From an uncultured virus (IMG/VR IMGVR_UViG_3300005458_000016) (lineage: Duplodnaviria > Heunggongvirae > Uroviricota > Caudoviricetes): a DNA stretch of 64,000 nt. Below, piece after piece: positions 32,654 through 42,897 of the stretch. The first letter of the stretch is position 1, and every line of letters begins with the position of its first letter. Where the stretch lies: IMG/VR virus record IMGVR_UViG_3300005458_000016. One strand, given 5' to 3'. The notes below the pieces were generated by a model, which saw only the letters and a program-made list of their open reading frames with translations, was not told the DNA's origin and made no database searches. Made by a program: the position numbers and the translations under genes.

Positions 32654-33382
32654 ATGTCATGCCGAGGGAAGCATCGTAAAGCCAAGCGTCCCGTAAGACT
32701 GATCGCTCCGGGAGTGACAGCCGCGACAGCGGCACTGGGAATGATCCTCCCCGCGACAGCAGCAAACGCGGTAGTAATCCCCGATCCTCCGCAAGCTCCC
32801 GACCCGGGACTTGCGTCTATCACGGCGGTTATCCAGCGCTACGTCCCGAAACACCAAGCAGAAACCCTGGTTGTTCATAGCGGCGATACCCTGGGGAGTA
32901 TCGCAGCGAAATCCTGCGGAGACCCGAAATACTGGACGGGGCTCTACGAGGAAAACCAGAAAGTCATCGGGGGGAATCCTGATGTTATCCTCCCCGGGCA
33001 GAAGTTGGCGAAAACCTGCCACGAGGCAGTCGTTCACCGCCCCAGGATCACGGTGGCTGCGGATATCCAGCCCCAGGGCAAGCATCATCGCCTTCACGGG
33101 AGCGTCAGCGGAGGGAACTTGTCCTTCGCGGGACTGGAGCGCCTGTGGATCGCGGCTGGAGGTGACGCATGGGCGGCGTCTGCCGCTGCCACGGTCGCGG
33201 AATGCGAATCCGGGGGGAGGCAGTACGCGAAAAACCCCACCTCGGACGCTAGCGGGTACTGGCAGATCCTCGGGGAAGTAGTCCCCGGGAATGTCTTTGA
33301 CCCGATGGTGAACGCGCTCAACGCGGTATCCAAGTGGAGAGCGTCCGGGAAGACGTTCGCGCAGTGGGTGTGCAAGCCGTGA
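32654..33382 (+). CDS. Secreted LysM + lysozyme-like transglycosylase protein
   Basis: GKHRK + signal peptide; LysM (VHSGDTLGSIA...NPDVILPGQKL); ECESGG...ASGYWQI. Confidence 0.8.
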   Translation: MSCRGKHRKAKRPVRLIAPGVTAATAALGMILPATAANAVVIPDPPQAPDPGLASITAVIQRYVPKHQAETLVVHSGDTLGSIAAKSCGDPKYWTGLYEENQKVIGGNPDVILPGQKLAKTCHEAVVHRPRITVAADIQPQGKHHRLHGSVSGGNLSFAGLERLWIAAGGDAWAASAAATVAECESGGRQYAKNPTSDASGYWQILGEVVPGNVFDPMVNALNAVSKWRASGKTFAQWVCKP

Positions 33383-33876
33383 GGGGGCGGCATCGTAAGC
33401 CACGGAAGATAGCTCCCCGTGCCTCCGTGTTCGCTGTCGCGGTAACTGCGATGCTGGGGGTGGGTACTGCCCTGGCTGCCCCCGCTGACGCATCCCAAAC
33501 CCGTGCGGTGCACATCTCCAACGCAGCCCTCAACTGGGCTGAGTCTCACGCGATAGGGCACTGGTACTCCTGGGGAGGGGCGGGTCCGTACGGGTATGAC
33601 TGCTCAGGGCTGGTTATGTCCTCGTTCGCGCACGTGGGAGTGAACCTCCCGCACAACACCGTCGCGATGGTGCATTCAGGGAAGATGGTGCAGGTGACCA
33701 ACCCCCAGCGGGGTGACCTCGCATTCTGGGGTCCCGTGTCAGCCCCGTATCACGTCGAGTTCGTCACCAGGTGGCATCATATGACGTTCGGGGCTCAGCA
33801 GTCAGGGACGCGGGTGTGGTGGCATCCTTATGGCGGGGGATACGCCCCATCCTCCTTCTGGCGTGTGGTAGGGTAA
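33379..33876 (+). CDS. NlpC/P60 peptidoglycan endopeptidase
   Basis: YSWGGAGPYGYDCSGLV, GDLAFW, HVEF. Confidence 0.9.
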   Translation: MRGRHRKPRKIAPRASVFAVAVTAMLGVGTALAAPADASQTRAVHISNAALNWAESHAIGHWYSWGGAGPYGYDCSGLVMSSFAHVGVNLPHNTVAMVHSGKMVQVTNPQRGDLAFWGPVSAPYHVEFVTRWHHMTFGAQQSGTRVWWHPYGGGYAPSSFWRVVG

Positions 33877-33935
33877 TAGTCTCGCCTCGCGATCCCCCGC
33901 GAAGGCAAAGGAACGGGATGACTGCCCCGCTCCTG

Positions 33936-33975
33936 GCAAAAACCCCTGGACCATGGGCGTCCAGGGGTTTTTGTT
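33936..33975 (+). terminator. Intrinsic (bidirectional) terminator
   Basis: GCAAAAACCCCTGGAC-CATGGGC-GTCCAGGGGTTTTTGT. Confidence 0.8.
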
Positions 33976-34018
33976 ATGCTAGAATCTAAGATTCGAACTA
34001 GCATTCCCCAGGGAGCGT

Positions 34019-35710
34019 GTGGGCAAAGATTTCTCGAAACTATCCCCGGAAACGCGGGCACGTATCCGGGAGGCGATCCTCGCGAAGAAAGCCGAGGTCG
34101 AGCCCCGCCCGTGGGAAGTCCAGGCGTACAACAAGCAGCTCCCCCCGGACCATCCGAGGCATCACCTCCCCGACCCAAGGACAGGCAAGTCGTGCGGCTG
34201 TGAGCGTCCCTATCCCGACTGGGAGACCTGGCTGCTCATGACGGGGCGGGGGTTCGGGAAAACCCTCACAGGAGCCAACTGGGCGCTCTCCAGGGGGCTC
34301 TCCGAGCCGGGCATCTGGGTCGCGGTCTGCGCTCCAACGTTCGCGGACGTGAAAAACACCTGTTTCGAAGGTCCCTCCGGGATCAAGAACGCGGCGCAGC
34401 CAGGCGAGATCATCGACCACAACAAAAACGATCTCCGTATCACCTTGCGCAACGGGAGCATAATCCAGGGGTATTCCGCTGAGAAAGCTGAATCTATCCG
34501 AGGCGCTAACCTGGGTTACTGCTGGTTTGACGAGCTGGGGATTATCCGCTACCCCGAGTTCTACGAGGCAGGTCTCCTTCCTGCGCTGCGAACCTCTAAA
34601 GGTCAGCTGATGATCACCACCACCCCGAGAAACACGAAACTCCTCCGGGAAATCATCAAGGAAGCGGAAAGAGACCCGAGCAGGTTCCATTTCACCCGCG
34701 CCACCAGCTCCGAGAACTGGAAAGCCGAAGGCGTCGGGAAGATGATCGCGAAAGTCACCTCCAAATTCGGGGAGGGGACGTTCCTGGAACGGCAGGAGCT
34801 GCAGGGTGAGTTTATCGCGGAAATCCCCGGGGCGCTATTCCAGATGGAATGGTTTGACGAGTACCGGGTGGAAGAACACGAGGTCCCTGATTTCAGGAGA
34901 GTCGTAGTAGCGGTAGACCCGGCAAGCTCCTCCAATATCAAAAGCGACGAAACCGGGATCGCGGTCTGCGCGGAAGGGGAAGATCATCACCTGTACACCC
35001 TCCAGGATTGCTCTATGCAGGGAACCCCGGATAAGGTCATGGACGCGCTGGTAGATGCTTATTACCGGTGGGATGCCTCCCTCGTGGTTGGGGAGAAAAA
35101 CGGGGTCGGGGACTATTTCAAGGGAATGCTGTACCAGAAAGACCCTTATATCCCCCTGAAACTGATCCAGGCGATGAACTCAAAGAAGATCAGGGCGCAG
35201 CCAGTGTCTCCTCTTGCAGAACAGGGGAGGATTCACATGGTGGGGGATCGTGGTCAGTTCGAGGAACTGGAGCGGCAGCTGTGCGCCCTCACCTCCTATG
35301 ACGACCGGGTGAAAGCCCATGATGACAGGGCAGACGCATGGGTGTACGCGATGCGGGAACTCTGCGGATTCGGGGCAGTCAACTACAAGGAAATCTACGG
35401 GTTTTCCGCGTGTAAAGGCTGCGGGGAAGACGTTCACGTCTATATCGACAAAAGATGCAAGCATTGCGGGACCCCTGTGGTTGCGGAGGCGAAAGAGCCA
35501 GATAATACGAGGAGAAAGTCCGCGATCCGCTGGTCAGCTGCTTATTATCGGAACTGCCCGCAGGGACACGAGTACCCGATGAAACTGAAAACCTGCCCCG
35601 AGTGCGCCCCTGACCCGAATGTGTATATGGCACAGGTGATGAAAGTCTCAGGAAATGCTACAGGTCCAGGGTATACTCCGAGGAACTGGCTCGCGGGCAG
35701 GAAGCTGTAA
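34019..35710 (+). CDS. terL: Terminase large subunit with C-terminal zinc-ribbon extension
   Basis: GRGFGKT Walker A, WFDE Walker B, TTTP coupling motif, VAVDPA and DDRADA nuclease motifs. Confidence 0.95.
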   Translation: MGKDFSKLSPETRARIREAILAKKAEVEPRPWEVQAYNKQLPPDHPRHHLPDPRTGKSCGCERPYPDWETWLLMTGRGFGKTLTGANWALSRGLSEPGIWVAVCAPTFADVKNTCFEGPSGIKNAAQPGEIIDHNKNDLRITLRNGSIIQGYSAEKAESIRGANLGYCWFDELGIIRYPEFYEAGLLPALRTSKGQLMITTTPRNTKLLREIIKEAERDPSRFHFTRATSSENWKAEGVGKMIAKVTSKFGEGTFLERQELQGEFIAEIPGALFQMEWFDEYRVEEHEVPDFRRVVVAVDPASSSNIKSDETGIAVCAEGEDHHLYTLQDCSMQGTPDKVMDALVDAYYRWDASLVVGEKNGVGDYFKGMLYQKDPYIPLKLIQAMNSKKIRAQPVSPLAEQGRIHMVGDRGQFEELERQLCALTSYDDRVKAHDDRADAWVYAMRELCGFGAVNYKEIYGFSACKGCGEDVHVYIDKRCKHCGTPVVAEAKEPDNTRRKSAIRWSAAYYRNCPQGHEYPMKLKTCPECAPDPNVYMAQVMKVSGNATGPGYTPRNWLAGRKL

Positions 35711-35711
35711 G

Positions 35712-36072
35712 ATGCTGTGCGGCAAGACGATCCGGGCGGCACTCGAACCGGGGATCACGGACATTTCCTGTACATTGGAAGAACATGAGGGAAACAAGCA
35801 CTACGATGAGGTGTTTTCAGTAAGCTGGACGGAATATGACCAAGCTGACTCCTGAGGAACGGACAGCGTTCCGTTCTTCCGGGATTTTCGACACCCGCCC
35901 TGAATCCCTATGCGAGGATTGCGGAGGGTATCACCTGAGAGCATGTCCTCGCATTAAGCGCGAGGTGAAACTCGGGAACGGTAACCGCACCGAGGTGGAA
36001 TACTGGGCGCAATGGGACGAAAGTAACACCATCTATCCAGAGGATGTGTACGATGACTCTCCCGAGGACTGA
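35712..36072 (+). CDS. Two small Cys/His proteins (35712-35855, 35836-36072)
   Basis: CxxCGGYH...CPR; overlapping ORFs. Confidence 0.55.
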
Positions 36073-36621
36073 ATGAGCAATCACTGTCGCGACCTCGCTG
36101 GGCAGCGGTTCGCGAAACTTATCGCCATTGAGCGTTCTGGTACACGCTCCAATATGGCTCTATGGCGTTGCATGTGTGATTGCGGCAATGAAACTTTTGT
36201 CACTAGCGGAAACTGGGGAAGAATAAAAAGCTGTGGTTGTCAGCGAGACTTGGGTCGCGCACTGGGAGAGGCTGCGCGGTGTGCGATTCTTCGAAGCTAC
36301 ATCTCTGGCGCAAAGCGAAGAGGACACGCCTGGGAGCTTTCCGAGGGTGATTTTGACAAGCTGACTTCCGCTGACTGCTTCTACTGCGGAGAACCACCAG
36401 GTAGAACTATCCGGGTAGGAAAAAACAACGGAGATTTTACTTACAACGGGATAGATCGAGTTGACAACCTTGAAGGTTACACCTCTGGTAACGTAGTTAC
36501 CTGCTGCTGGAAGTGCAATAATGCCAAGAAGGACATGACTTACCCGGAGTTTGCAGACTGGATCACCAGACTGGCTGAACGTCAGTTTACGATCTGGGAG
36601 CGATATGAGGAGCAGGATTGA
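36073..36621 (+). CDS. HNH homing-type endonuclease
   Basis: WRCMCDCG...SCGC N-domain; CFYCG...GIDRVDN..GY...NVVTCCWKCN. Confidence 0.85.
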   Translation: MSNHCRDLAGQRFAKLIAIERSGTRSNMALWRCMCDCGNETFVTSGNWGRIKSCGCQRDLGRALGEAARCAILRSYISGAKRRGHAWELSEGDFDKLTSADCFYCGEPPGRTIRVGKNNGDFTYNGIDRVDNLEGYTSGNVVTCCWKCNNAKKDMTYPEFADWITRLAERQFTIWERYEEQD

Positions 36622-36958
36622 TGATTGACAATATCCCGGACCCGTTCGGACCCCCCGAAGACATGATCGAGATAATGAAATCCCTGGCTCAGCTGCATAC
36701 TGCCGCGATCATGTCAGGGCTTTCCGAGTCCACTGCAACCAAGTTTATCGCGGACGTTTTCATCGGGTTTTCCACGATGAATATGCAGAACACTCCCGGA
36801 GACAGCGGGAATGCGGTAGAATAAAACTGCCATCGTCAGCACGACCTGGGGTAATTTTTTATCAGCCAGGCACACGTCGCGGGCATGGTGCTTGATTAAA
36901 GTTTTAAGCTGTGCTATATATAAGACGATGGGTCTTTTGTGCCCACCTGGAGATGATC

Positions 36959-38110
36959 GTGTCGCTAAGGATTCTCTGGCACTCGAATAGCCCTTTCCTG
37001 ACCTCTGCGTACGCACATCAGACGGCACTATTCACCAGGCGCATCAACGAGCAGACCGATCACGAGATCGTCGCGATATCCGCACCCTATTCCGGGGCTG
37101 GCACCTGGCTGGAATGGGAAGGGATTCCCATCCTCCCGGCAGTCAGGGATGCAGCAGGCTGCGACATCCTCCCGCAGCATTATGAGTATTTCAAGGCTGA
37201 CATCCTCATCTCCCTGTGCGACCCTTTCGGATTGCTGAAGTGCGCAAGCGCACTGTCAGCAATAAACTGGTTTCCCTGGTTCCCCGTGGACTGCAACCCC
37301 CTGGGCGAGGGAGACGTGACAGTCCTCCGGGAAGCGAGATGCACCACCCCGATAGCGATGTCCCGCTTCGGGGAGATGGTCCTCCAGAATGAGGGTGCGG
37401 AACCCCTGTATATCCCGCATGGCGTGGACACCGCCGTTTATCGCCCGGGGGATCCCACAGAATATCGCAAGACGGTCCCTTCAATTGATCAGGACACGTT
37501 TGTCATCGGGATCGTCGCGATGAACCGGGGAAGACGGAAGGCTTTCGATCAGCAGCTCCTCGCGTTCTCCAGGTTTCACGCACGACACCCTGACACGCAC
37601 CTGACCATCCACAGTGCCCAGGTATCCCCGGGAGGAACGAATCTCCCGGGACTCGCGGCACGACTGGGTATCAGCGGTGCCGTAAGTTTCCCCGATGCGT
37701 ACATGTACGATACGGGGCAGGTCACGAATGAGCAGATGGCGATCTGGTACAACGGGCTGAACATTCTTTCCCTGTGTTCCTACGGGGAAGGCTTCGGAGT
37801 TCCCCTGATCGAGGCTCAGGCTTGCGGAATCCCCGTGGTCACCACTGATGGCTCAGCAACATCAGAACTGTGCGGTGCAGGCTGGCTTGTCTCCGGGACT
37901 CCTGACTGGGAGGACGGACACGGGGCATGGTGGACTCGTCCTGACGCTCCTGATATCGAGAATGCTTTCGAGGCTGCATATCAGGCATGGGAGCAGGACA
38001 GGATGCCACGGAAACCCGCGTACGATTTCGCGCAGAAGTTCGACGTGGAGAAAGTGTTCACCGATTACTGGGTTCCCGCGCTTGACCGTATTGAGGAGTC
38101 CCTGACGTGA
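36959..38110 (+). CDS. Glycosyltransferase, GT-B (GT4-like)
   Basis: IPHGVDT, GEGFGVPLIEAQACGIPVV. Confidence 0.9.
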   Translation: MSLRILWHSNSPFLTSAYAHQTALFTRRINEQTDHEIVAISAPYSGAGTWLEWEGIPILPAVRDAAGCDILPQHYEYFKADILISLCDPFGLLKCASALSAINWFPWFPVDCNPLGEGDVTVLREARCTTPIAMSRFGEMVLQNEGAEPLYIPHGVDTAVYRPGDPTEYRKTVPSIDQDTFVIGIVAMNRGRRKAFDQQLLAFSRFHARHPDTHLTIHSAQVSPGGTNLPGLAARLGISGAVSFPDAYMYDTGQVTNEQMAIWYNGLNILSLCSYGEGFGVPLIEAQACGIPVVTTDGSATSELCGAGWLVSGTPDWEDGHGAWWTRPDAPDIENAFEAAYQAWEQDRMPRKPAYDFAQKFDVEKVFTDYWVPALDRIEESLT

Positions 38111-38280
38111 CCTCGTGGACGCCCCTCCCTGACGATGATCGCATTCCCTGCGTCTGGAGATGGATAGGAACAACCTGCCCAGGGGAGCACCGGGAGAACT
38201 GCGGATGCCCCGGGACTGATTCTTTCCGTCATTACGCAGGGTGTAACTGCTACACTGCCAATGAGGAGGATTCAAAGTGA
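38107..38280 (+). CDS. 57-aa Cys-rich peptide (not in the ORF track)
   Basis: GTGA overlaps with both neighbours; MTSWTPLPDDDRIPC...CGC...CNCY. Confidence 0.5.
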   Translation: MTSWTPLPDDDRIPCVWRWIGTTCPGEHRENCGCPGTDSFRHYAGCNCYTANEEDSK

Positions 38281-39194
38281 GCAACATCGCTTATGTTACT
38301 TACGAAGTAGATCACGATGTGCAGGATCTCAACTCTTACTGGCAGCAGCTACCGCCGACCGTGGGAACAGCTGTAAACACTGCTGAGAATACGCTTCAGA
38401 TTTCCGTTCCCGGAAGTGGCGGCGGGAACGAATGGGCAGGGCTTTGTACTCAGGGTTCTATACCCGCGATGATGACCATAGGTTTTGCGGCAACTCAGCT
38501 AGACCCCGGTGGTGCATCTAGTGGCTCCAATAACATGTGGGCTGGTATTCAGCTAAGCTCTGTCGTTCCTAACCCGTCGTTCACTAACGGTGACCCCACG
38601 CATAACTTCTACATAACTTTGAGGCTCGCGGTTGAACAAGGTTCGCTGTTGTTTGGTTACAACGTAGGATCAGGGTTCGTTACGGTTGGCAGTGGAACTT
38701 ACGATCCCATAAACCACAAGTTTATTCGTATCTTCGCGAACTTTAACAACAGTAACTTCCAGGCGCAGACATCAGCTGACGGGATTACGTGGGCAAACCA
38801 GTGGACCGGGGCGGGGGCTGCATTCACCGCCTTTGGTTCGTCAGCACCTTATGTCGAGCTAGTGAATTACTCAGCTGGCAGTGTTGCTTCGACGGCAGTC
38901 TTTAGTAATTATACCATCGGTTTCCAGTACCCGGGTGGTGCTGGAGCTGCGGCAGCAGGGATAGAAGTTCCATTTACTTACGACTCTTCGGTTCCTGCCA
39001 CATCGCTTGTGTCGGCATCGGTCGTAGTTCTGTCTAGCACGAACAGTGTTGTGGCTGCTACAGGCGATGGACTGCCGGTTCGTATCACATCTCCTATCAA
39101 CTACGGAGATTCGCCTGAGCTTATCCGCGAAAACCTCGCTAACGCGGTTCGTGCAGCACTAGGTGACTACTCGACGGAGATAATCTTTGTCTGA
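38277..39194 (+). CDS. Putative virion beta-sandwich (lectin/ConA-like) protein
   Basis: G/S/T/N-rich, TSADGITW motif; lower GC than neighbours. Confidence 0.5.
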   Translation: MSNIAYVTYEVDHDVQDLNSYWQQLPPTVGTAVNTAENTLQISVPGSGGGNEWAGLCTQGSIPAMMTIGFAATQLDPGGASSGSNNMWAGIQLSSVVPNPSFTNGDPTHNFYITLRLAVEQGSLLFGYNVGSGFVTVGSGTYDPINHKFIRIFANFNNSNFQAQTSADGITWANQWTGAGAAFTAFGSSAPYVELVNYSAGSVASTAVFSNYTIGFQYPGGAGAAAAGIEVPFTYDSSVPATSLVSASVVVLSSTNSVVAATGDGLPVRITSPINYGDSPELIRENLANAVRAALGDYSTEIIFV

Positions 39195-39936
39195 GTCAGC
39201 GATGACAGATAATGAACTCCGTGAAACTATCAAGAAGCATTTCTGGTTTCACTCCATCGAACTGCGCCCGGGAATTATCACTCCAGGGCGATCCGGAGAG
39301 CAAAATACGCTCCCGCATCTCTTGCTCCCGGAGAAAATGACAGGACTGTCCGTACTGGACGTGGGATGCTGGGACGGGTTCTTCTCTTTTGAATGCGAAC
39401 GTCGCGGCGCAAAGCGAGTTGTAGCGGCAGATATCTGGGAGTCTGCCGGTAGGGATGCATTCGACCTGGCTCACGAGACACTCGGGTCTAATGTTGTTCC
39501 TGTTGAGGCAAGCATTTACGATCTCCCGGAGAAGCTTCAGGGTGAGCGTTTCGACCTGGTGCTTTTCCTTGGGGTGCTATATCACCTGCGCCATCCGCTC
39601 CTCGGATTGGAAAAGCTTGCGGAATGCACCCGTCCCGGGGGTGTCGCCGTCGTGGAAACTGTTGTGGACACGGAAAAGCTCTTGGACGCCCCGAGGATGG
39701 CATTCCATCCCGGGGGAGAGCTGAATAACGATCCCACCTCATGGTGGACCCCGAATATTCCCTGCCTGTCTGCGATGCTGAACGTTGCGGGCTTTAATCC
39801 CGCGCTGAGCGTCGTGCAGTTGCATGCAGGGAATAGGACGATCTTTCACGCGAAGAAGATTTCCGACGAGGAATATCAGCGTCAGGCTGACGAGGATTTC
39901 CGGTATCGTCACGGTGCTCAGTTGAAAGGGCTGTGA
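39187..39936 (+). CDS. SAM-dependent methyltransferase (CmoB/DUF1698-like)
   Basis: VLDVGCWDGFFSF, FDLVLFLGVLYHLRHP. Confidence 0.85.
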   Translation: MSESAMTDNELRETIKKHFWFHSIELRPGIITPGRSGEQNTLPHLLLPEKMTGLSVLDVGCWDGFFSFECERRGAKRVVAADIWESAGRDAFDLAHETLGSNVVPVEASIYDLPEKLQGERFDLVLFLGVLYHLRHPLLGLEKLAECTRPGGVAVVETVVDTEKLLDAPRMAFHPGGELNNDPTSWWTPNIPCLSAMLNVAGFNPALSVVQLHAGNRTIFHAKKISDEEYQRQADEDFRYRHGAQLKGL

Positions 39937-40544
39937 TGGCGCTCCGCAGGGTGTATGACATCGCGCTGGACGCGATCACGAGCACTCTCCACGACGGGTA
40001 CATGGACCGCCTGGGAAGATGGAGCGATATCCAGGAATATCTCCCGTACCTGTATGAGACCGCGAAATCTTACGAGCACGTGCGAGTGCTGGAACTCGGG
40101 TCACGGAAAGGGAATTCTACTCTCGCTTTCCTTGCGGCAGCTGTCTATTCTGACGGGCATGTCGTATCCGTGGATATCGATCCTGTCGCGGATGACCCTG
40201 CGGGAATGCGTCCCTGGCGGAAAACCCCGAGATGGACATTCATCCAGGGTGACGACATGGATGAATTCGTTCAGGCGCAGCTTCCCCCCCAGGTGGATGT
40301 CCTGTTCATAGACACCTCCCACGAGTATGAGCATACTCTCGCTGAGCTATACGCGTACATGCCTAGGCTCTCGAACAAAGGTGTCGCGTTGTTCCACGAC
40401 ACGAACCTTATCGGGTGGCCTGGGTACGACTGGAAGGGTACCGTCCCCCCGGTTCAGGAGGCTCTCGACGTGTACTGCGCCGCTACGGGGAAGACCTGGG
40501 AGAACCTCCCCGGGAGGTACGGGCTTGGTATAATCCGGGCATGA
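39933..40544 (+). CDS. Class I SAM methyltransferase (Methyltransf_24-like)
   Basis: LELGSRKGNST, LFIDTSHEY, FHDT. Confidence 0.85.
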   Translation: MMALRRVYDIALDAITSTLHDGYMDRLGRWSDIQEYLPYLYETAKSYEHVRVLELGSRKGNSTLAFLAAAVYSDGHVVSVDIDPVADDPAGMRPWRKTPRWTFIQGDDMDEFVQAQLPPQVDVLFIDTSHEYEHTLAELYAYMPRLSNKGVALFHDTNLIGWPGYDWKGTVPPVQEALDVYCAATGKTWENLPGRYGLGIIRA

Positions 40545-40833
40545 TCAACACGAGATGCCGTAAGACCCGTGGATGCCGCGCCCTGAACGGGCACACGGGT
40601 GCCTGCTATGACAGAAAAGGGAATCTTATCCCGAAGAACCGACCGGTGACAGTGCTAAAGGTTGTCAAACGTGACAAAAAAGGGAACCCGCAATTTGGGA
40701 GATATCACGTCTAACCCGAGGTTGAGGCAGCTCCTGGAAGACGACGATCTCGACTGGGATAACCCGCATCATCGGGAGATGTACCTGAAAGAATGGGTTA
40801 AAGCCCCGAGAGAAGCAGAGGAAGACCCCGCAG

Positions 40834-41526
40834 ATGAGTGACCCTATGGGTGACCTGCTCGTAATCGTCCCTTCCCGTAATCGTCCGCAGAACATCGCGA
40901 GGCTGCTTGATGCGGTGCATGATACCGCGAAAATGAAAACTCATCTCCATGTATGCGTGGACGATGACGATCCTGAGCTTGAGCGCTACAAGTTCATCAT
41001 GAGCAAAGCGGGACGCGACGGGGATTTCCTCGATGTGGGTCAGAGAATGGGACTGACCGCGTGGACAAATGAGATCGCGAGATTGCGGTACAAGGATTAC
41101 CCGTATCTCGCGTCCCTCGGGGATGACATGGTTCCGGAAACCCCGGGATGGGATCGTGCCCTCATCCGGGGAATTATCCGCATGGGGGGGGTCGGGTTCA
41201 CTTACCCCTGGGACGGAGTGCGGGAAGACATCCCTGAGGCTGTCTGCGTGTCCAGCAATATCGTAGAAGCCCTCGGGTGGATGGCACTCCCTGACCTGGA
41301 TCACTGGTACATCGATAACGTATGGGCTGACCTGGGAATGGGTGCCGGGTGCATCCGGCATCTACGCGCCATTTCCGTGAAACATGTATGGAAAGCAGAT
41401 AAGACATCAAAAGATTCCGGGGAGAAACTGATCGCTGATCGCGACAAGTATTATTCCTGGCGCAAGACCTGCATGGCTGACGATATCAAAACAGTCCTTG
41501 CGGTGCGGGGTACTGTCTCCGTATAA
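40834..41526 (+). CDS. Glycosyltransferase, GT-A (GT2-like)
   Basis: IVPSRNRP, LGDD, HWYID motifs. Confidence 0.75.
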   Translation: MSDPMGDLLVIVPSRNRPQNIARLLDAVHDTAKMKTHLHVCVDDDDPELERYKFIMSKAGRDGDFLDVGQRMGLTAWTNEIARLRYKDYPYLASLGDDMVPETPGWDRALIRGIIRMGGVGFTYPWDGVREDIPEAVCVSSNIVEALGWMALPDLDHWYIDNVWADLGMGAGCIRHLRAISVKHVWKADKTSKDSGEKLIADRDKYYSWRKTCMADDIKTVLAVRGTVSV

Positions 41527-41587
41527 TTGTTTAACCACCAATCCCGGCTGTGCCGGGGAACTTATCTCGGCATAAGAAAGAGGCTGT

Positions 41588-42109
41588 GTGGCTGTTGCCA
41601 GAACCTACAACGTAGATGCGGAGCAGACCACGGGAATCTCCATCGGAACTGGTGGCGTCCCGGGTACTGAGTACGTCCTGATGTACGGGGGGAGTGCTGG
41701 GGAGTTCAATGTCTCCGCAGTGCGTGTCTCCACCTACTCCGGGTCGAGCGCGTCTTACCCTTCTAACGGTACGATCACCTGGCGTCTGCGCAGGGTGTCG
41801 TCCACGAACACCGCGATTCTCGCAGGAACCGCGACTGCACGTCCCATTTCGCAGTCTACCACTGCGGCATCCTCCGTGTGGATTTACTCCACGGCTAACG
41901 GATCCGGGACCGCGACATTCGCAACCCCGGGTGCGGTTGTCTGGAGCCAGACAATTCCCTGCACCGCTGGTGCTAACTGGGGCGAGTGGTTCACTCCTGG
42001 TTTCGAGCTTAACCAGACGAACGGGACCCTGGCGCTCACCTACGAGCTGGGTGCTGCGGGTACCACATCTGCCGTTAACCTGATGGCGGAACTGGTTATC
42101 TCCGAGTAA
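41588..42109 (+). CDS. Ser/Thr-rich putative virion structural protein
   Basis: Composition and position in the late region. Confidence 0.6.
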   Translation: MAVARTYNVDAEQTTGISIGTGGVPGTEYVLMYGGSAGEFNVSAVRVSTYSGSSASYPSNGTITWRLRRVSSTNTAILAGTATARPISQSTTAASSVWIYSTANGSGTATFATPGAVVWSQTIPCTAGANWGEWFTPGFELNQTNGTLALTYELGAAGTTSAVNLMAELVISE

Positions 42110-42149
42110 ACAGTGGAACCGGTGCTGTCATAGTTAAGGAGATTATCTT

Positions 42150-42869
42150 ATGGCAGCACCGGTTTTGCAAACCAGCACGACCTCGGCTGGTGCCACCTCG
42201 GCTAGCGTGGCGGTCACTTATCCTGCCAGCATTGCCGCGAATGACATCGTTATTGTCTCCATTTACAAGGAGAACGCGAACGCGGTCACTCCCCCTGCCG
42301 GGTTCGCGGAAATCCCGACTGCACCGCAGACGACAGCGGTCCAGGAGCAGCATACTTTCTGGTACCGCGCAGTCGGAGGGGAAACCGGGACGGTCACGTT
42401 TTCCTGGACGGGGAGCGTGTTCCATGCTGCCGCCGCTCACCGGATTTCCGGGTGCACCACCTCGGGTAACCCGTACGAGAATACTCTCTCTGCACCTTCC
42501 ACCAACAGCAGCAACACCAGCGTGGCAACGCTGAACGTCTCGATTGCTTCAACGAGCGCGAACACGCTGCTGTACTGGGCGGGTACCGACTTTACCGGTG
42601 GTAACGTGTGGACTGTTCCCGGTGGGTTCGGCAACCTGACTGATCTTGACGTTCTCGGGGATGCGTTCAAGACGAATGCTGCGGGCGGGGCAACAGGAAA
42701 CGTCACCGGGACAGCGAATATTTCCGGTCCGATGACAGCGATACTGCTGTCCCTGATATCCACCCCTCCGGTGGCTGCCGGTCCTCCGCTAGGTCAGCTG
42801 GACATGCCGCAGCGAGTGGTAACCCTGGTCAGTAATGCAGGCTGGAGGAACGCAGGACACTCCCGGTAA
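42150..42869 (+). CDS. Thr/Ala-rich putative virion fibre/decoration protein
   Basis: VTPPAGF...FWYRA..GE..TVTFSW beta-domain pattern. Confidence 0.6.
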   Translation: MAAPVLQTSTTSAGATSASVAVTYPASIAANDIVIVSIYKENANAVTPPAGFAEIPTAPQTTAVQEQHTFWYRAVGGETGTVTFSWTGSVFHAAAAHRISGCTTSGNPYENTLSAPSTNSSNTSVATLNVSIASTSANTLLYWAGTDFTGGNVWTVPGGFGNLTDLDVLGDAFKTNAAGGATGNVTGTANISGPMTAILLSLISTPPVAAGPPLGQLDMPQRVVTLVSNAGWRNAGHSR

Positions 42870-42897
42870 AAGGTTAGCGGTCCACTGAAAGGAGCGC

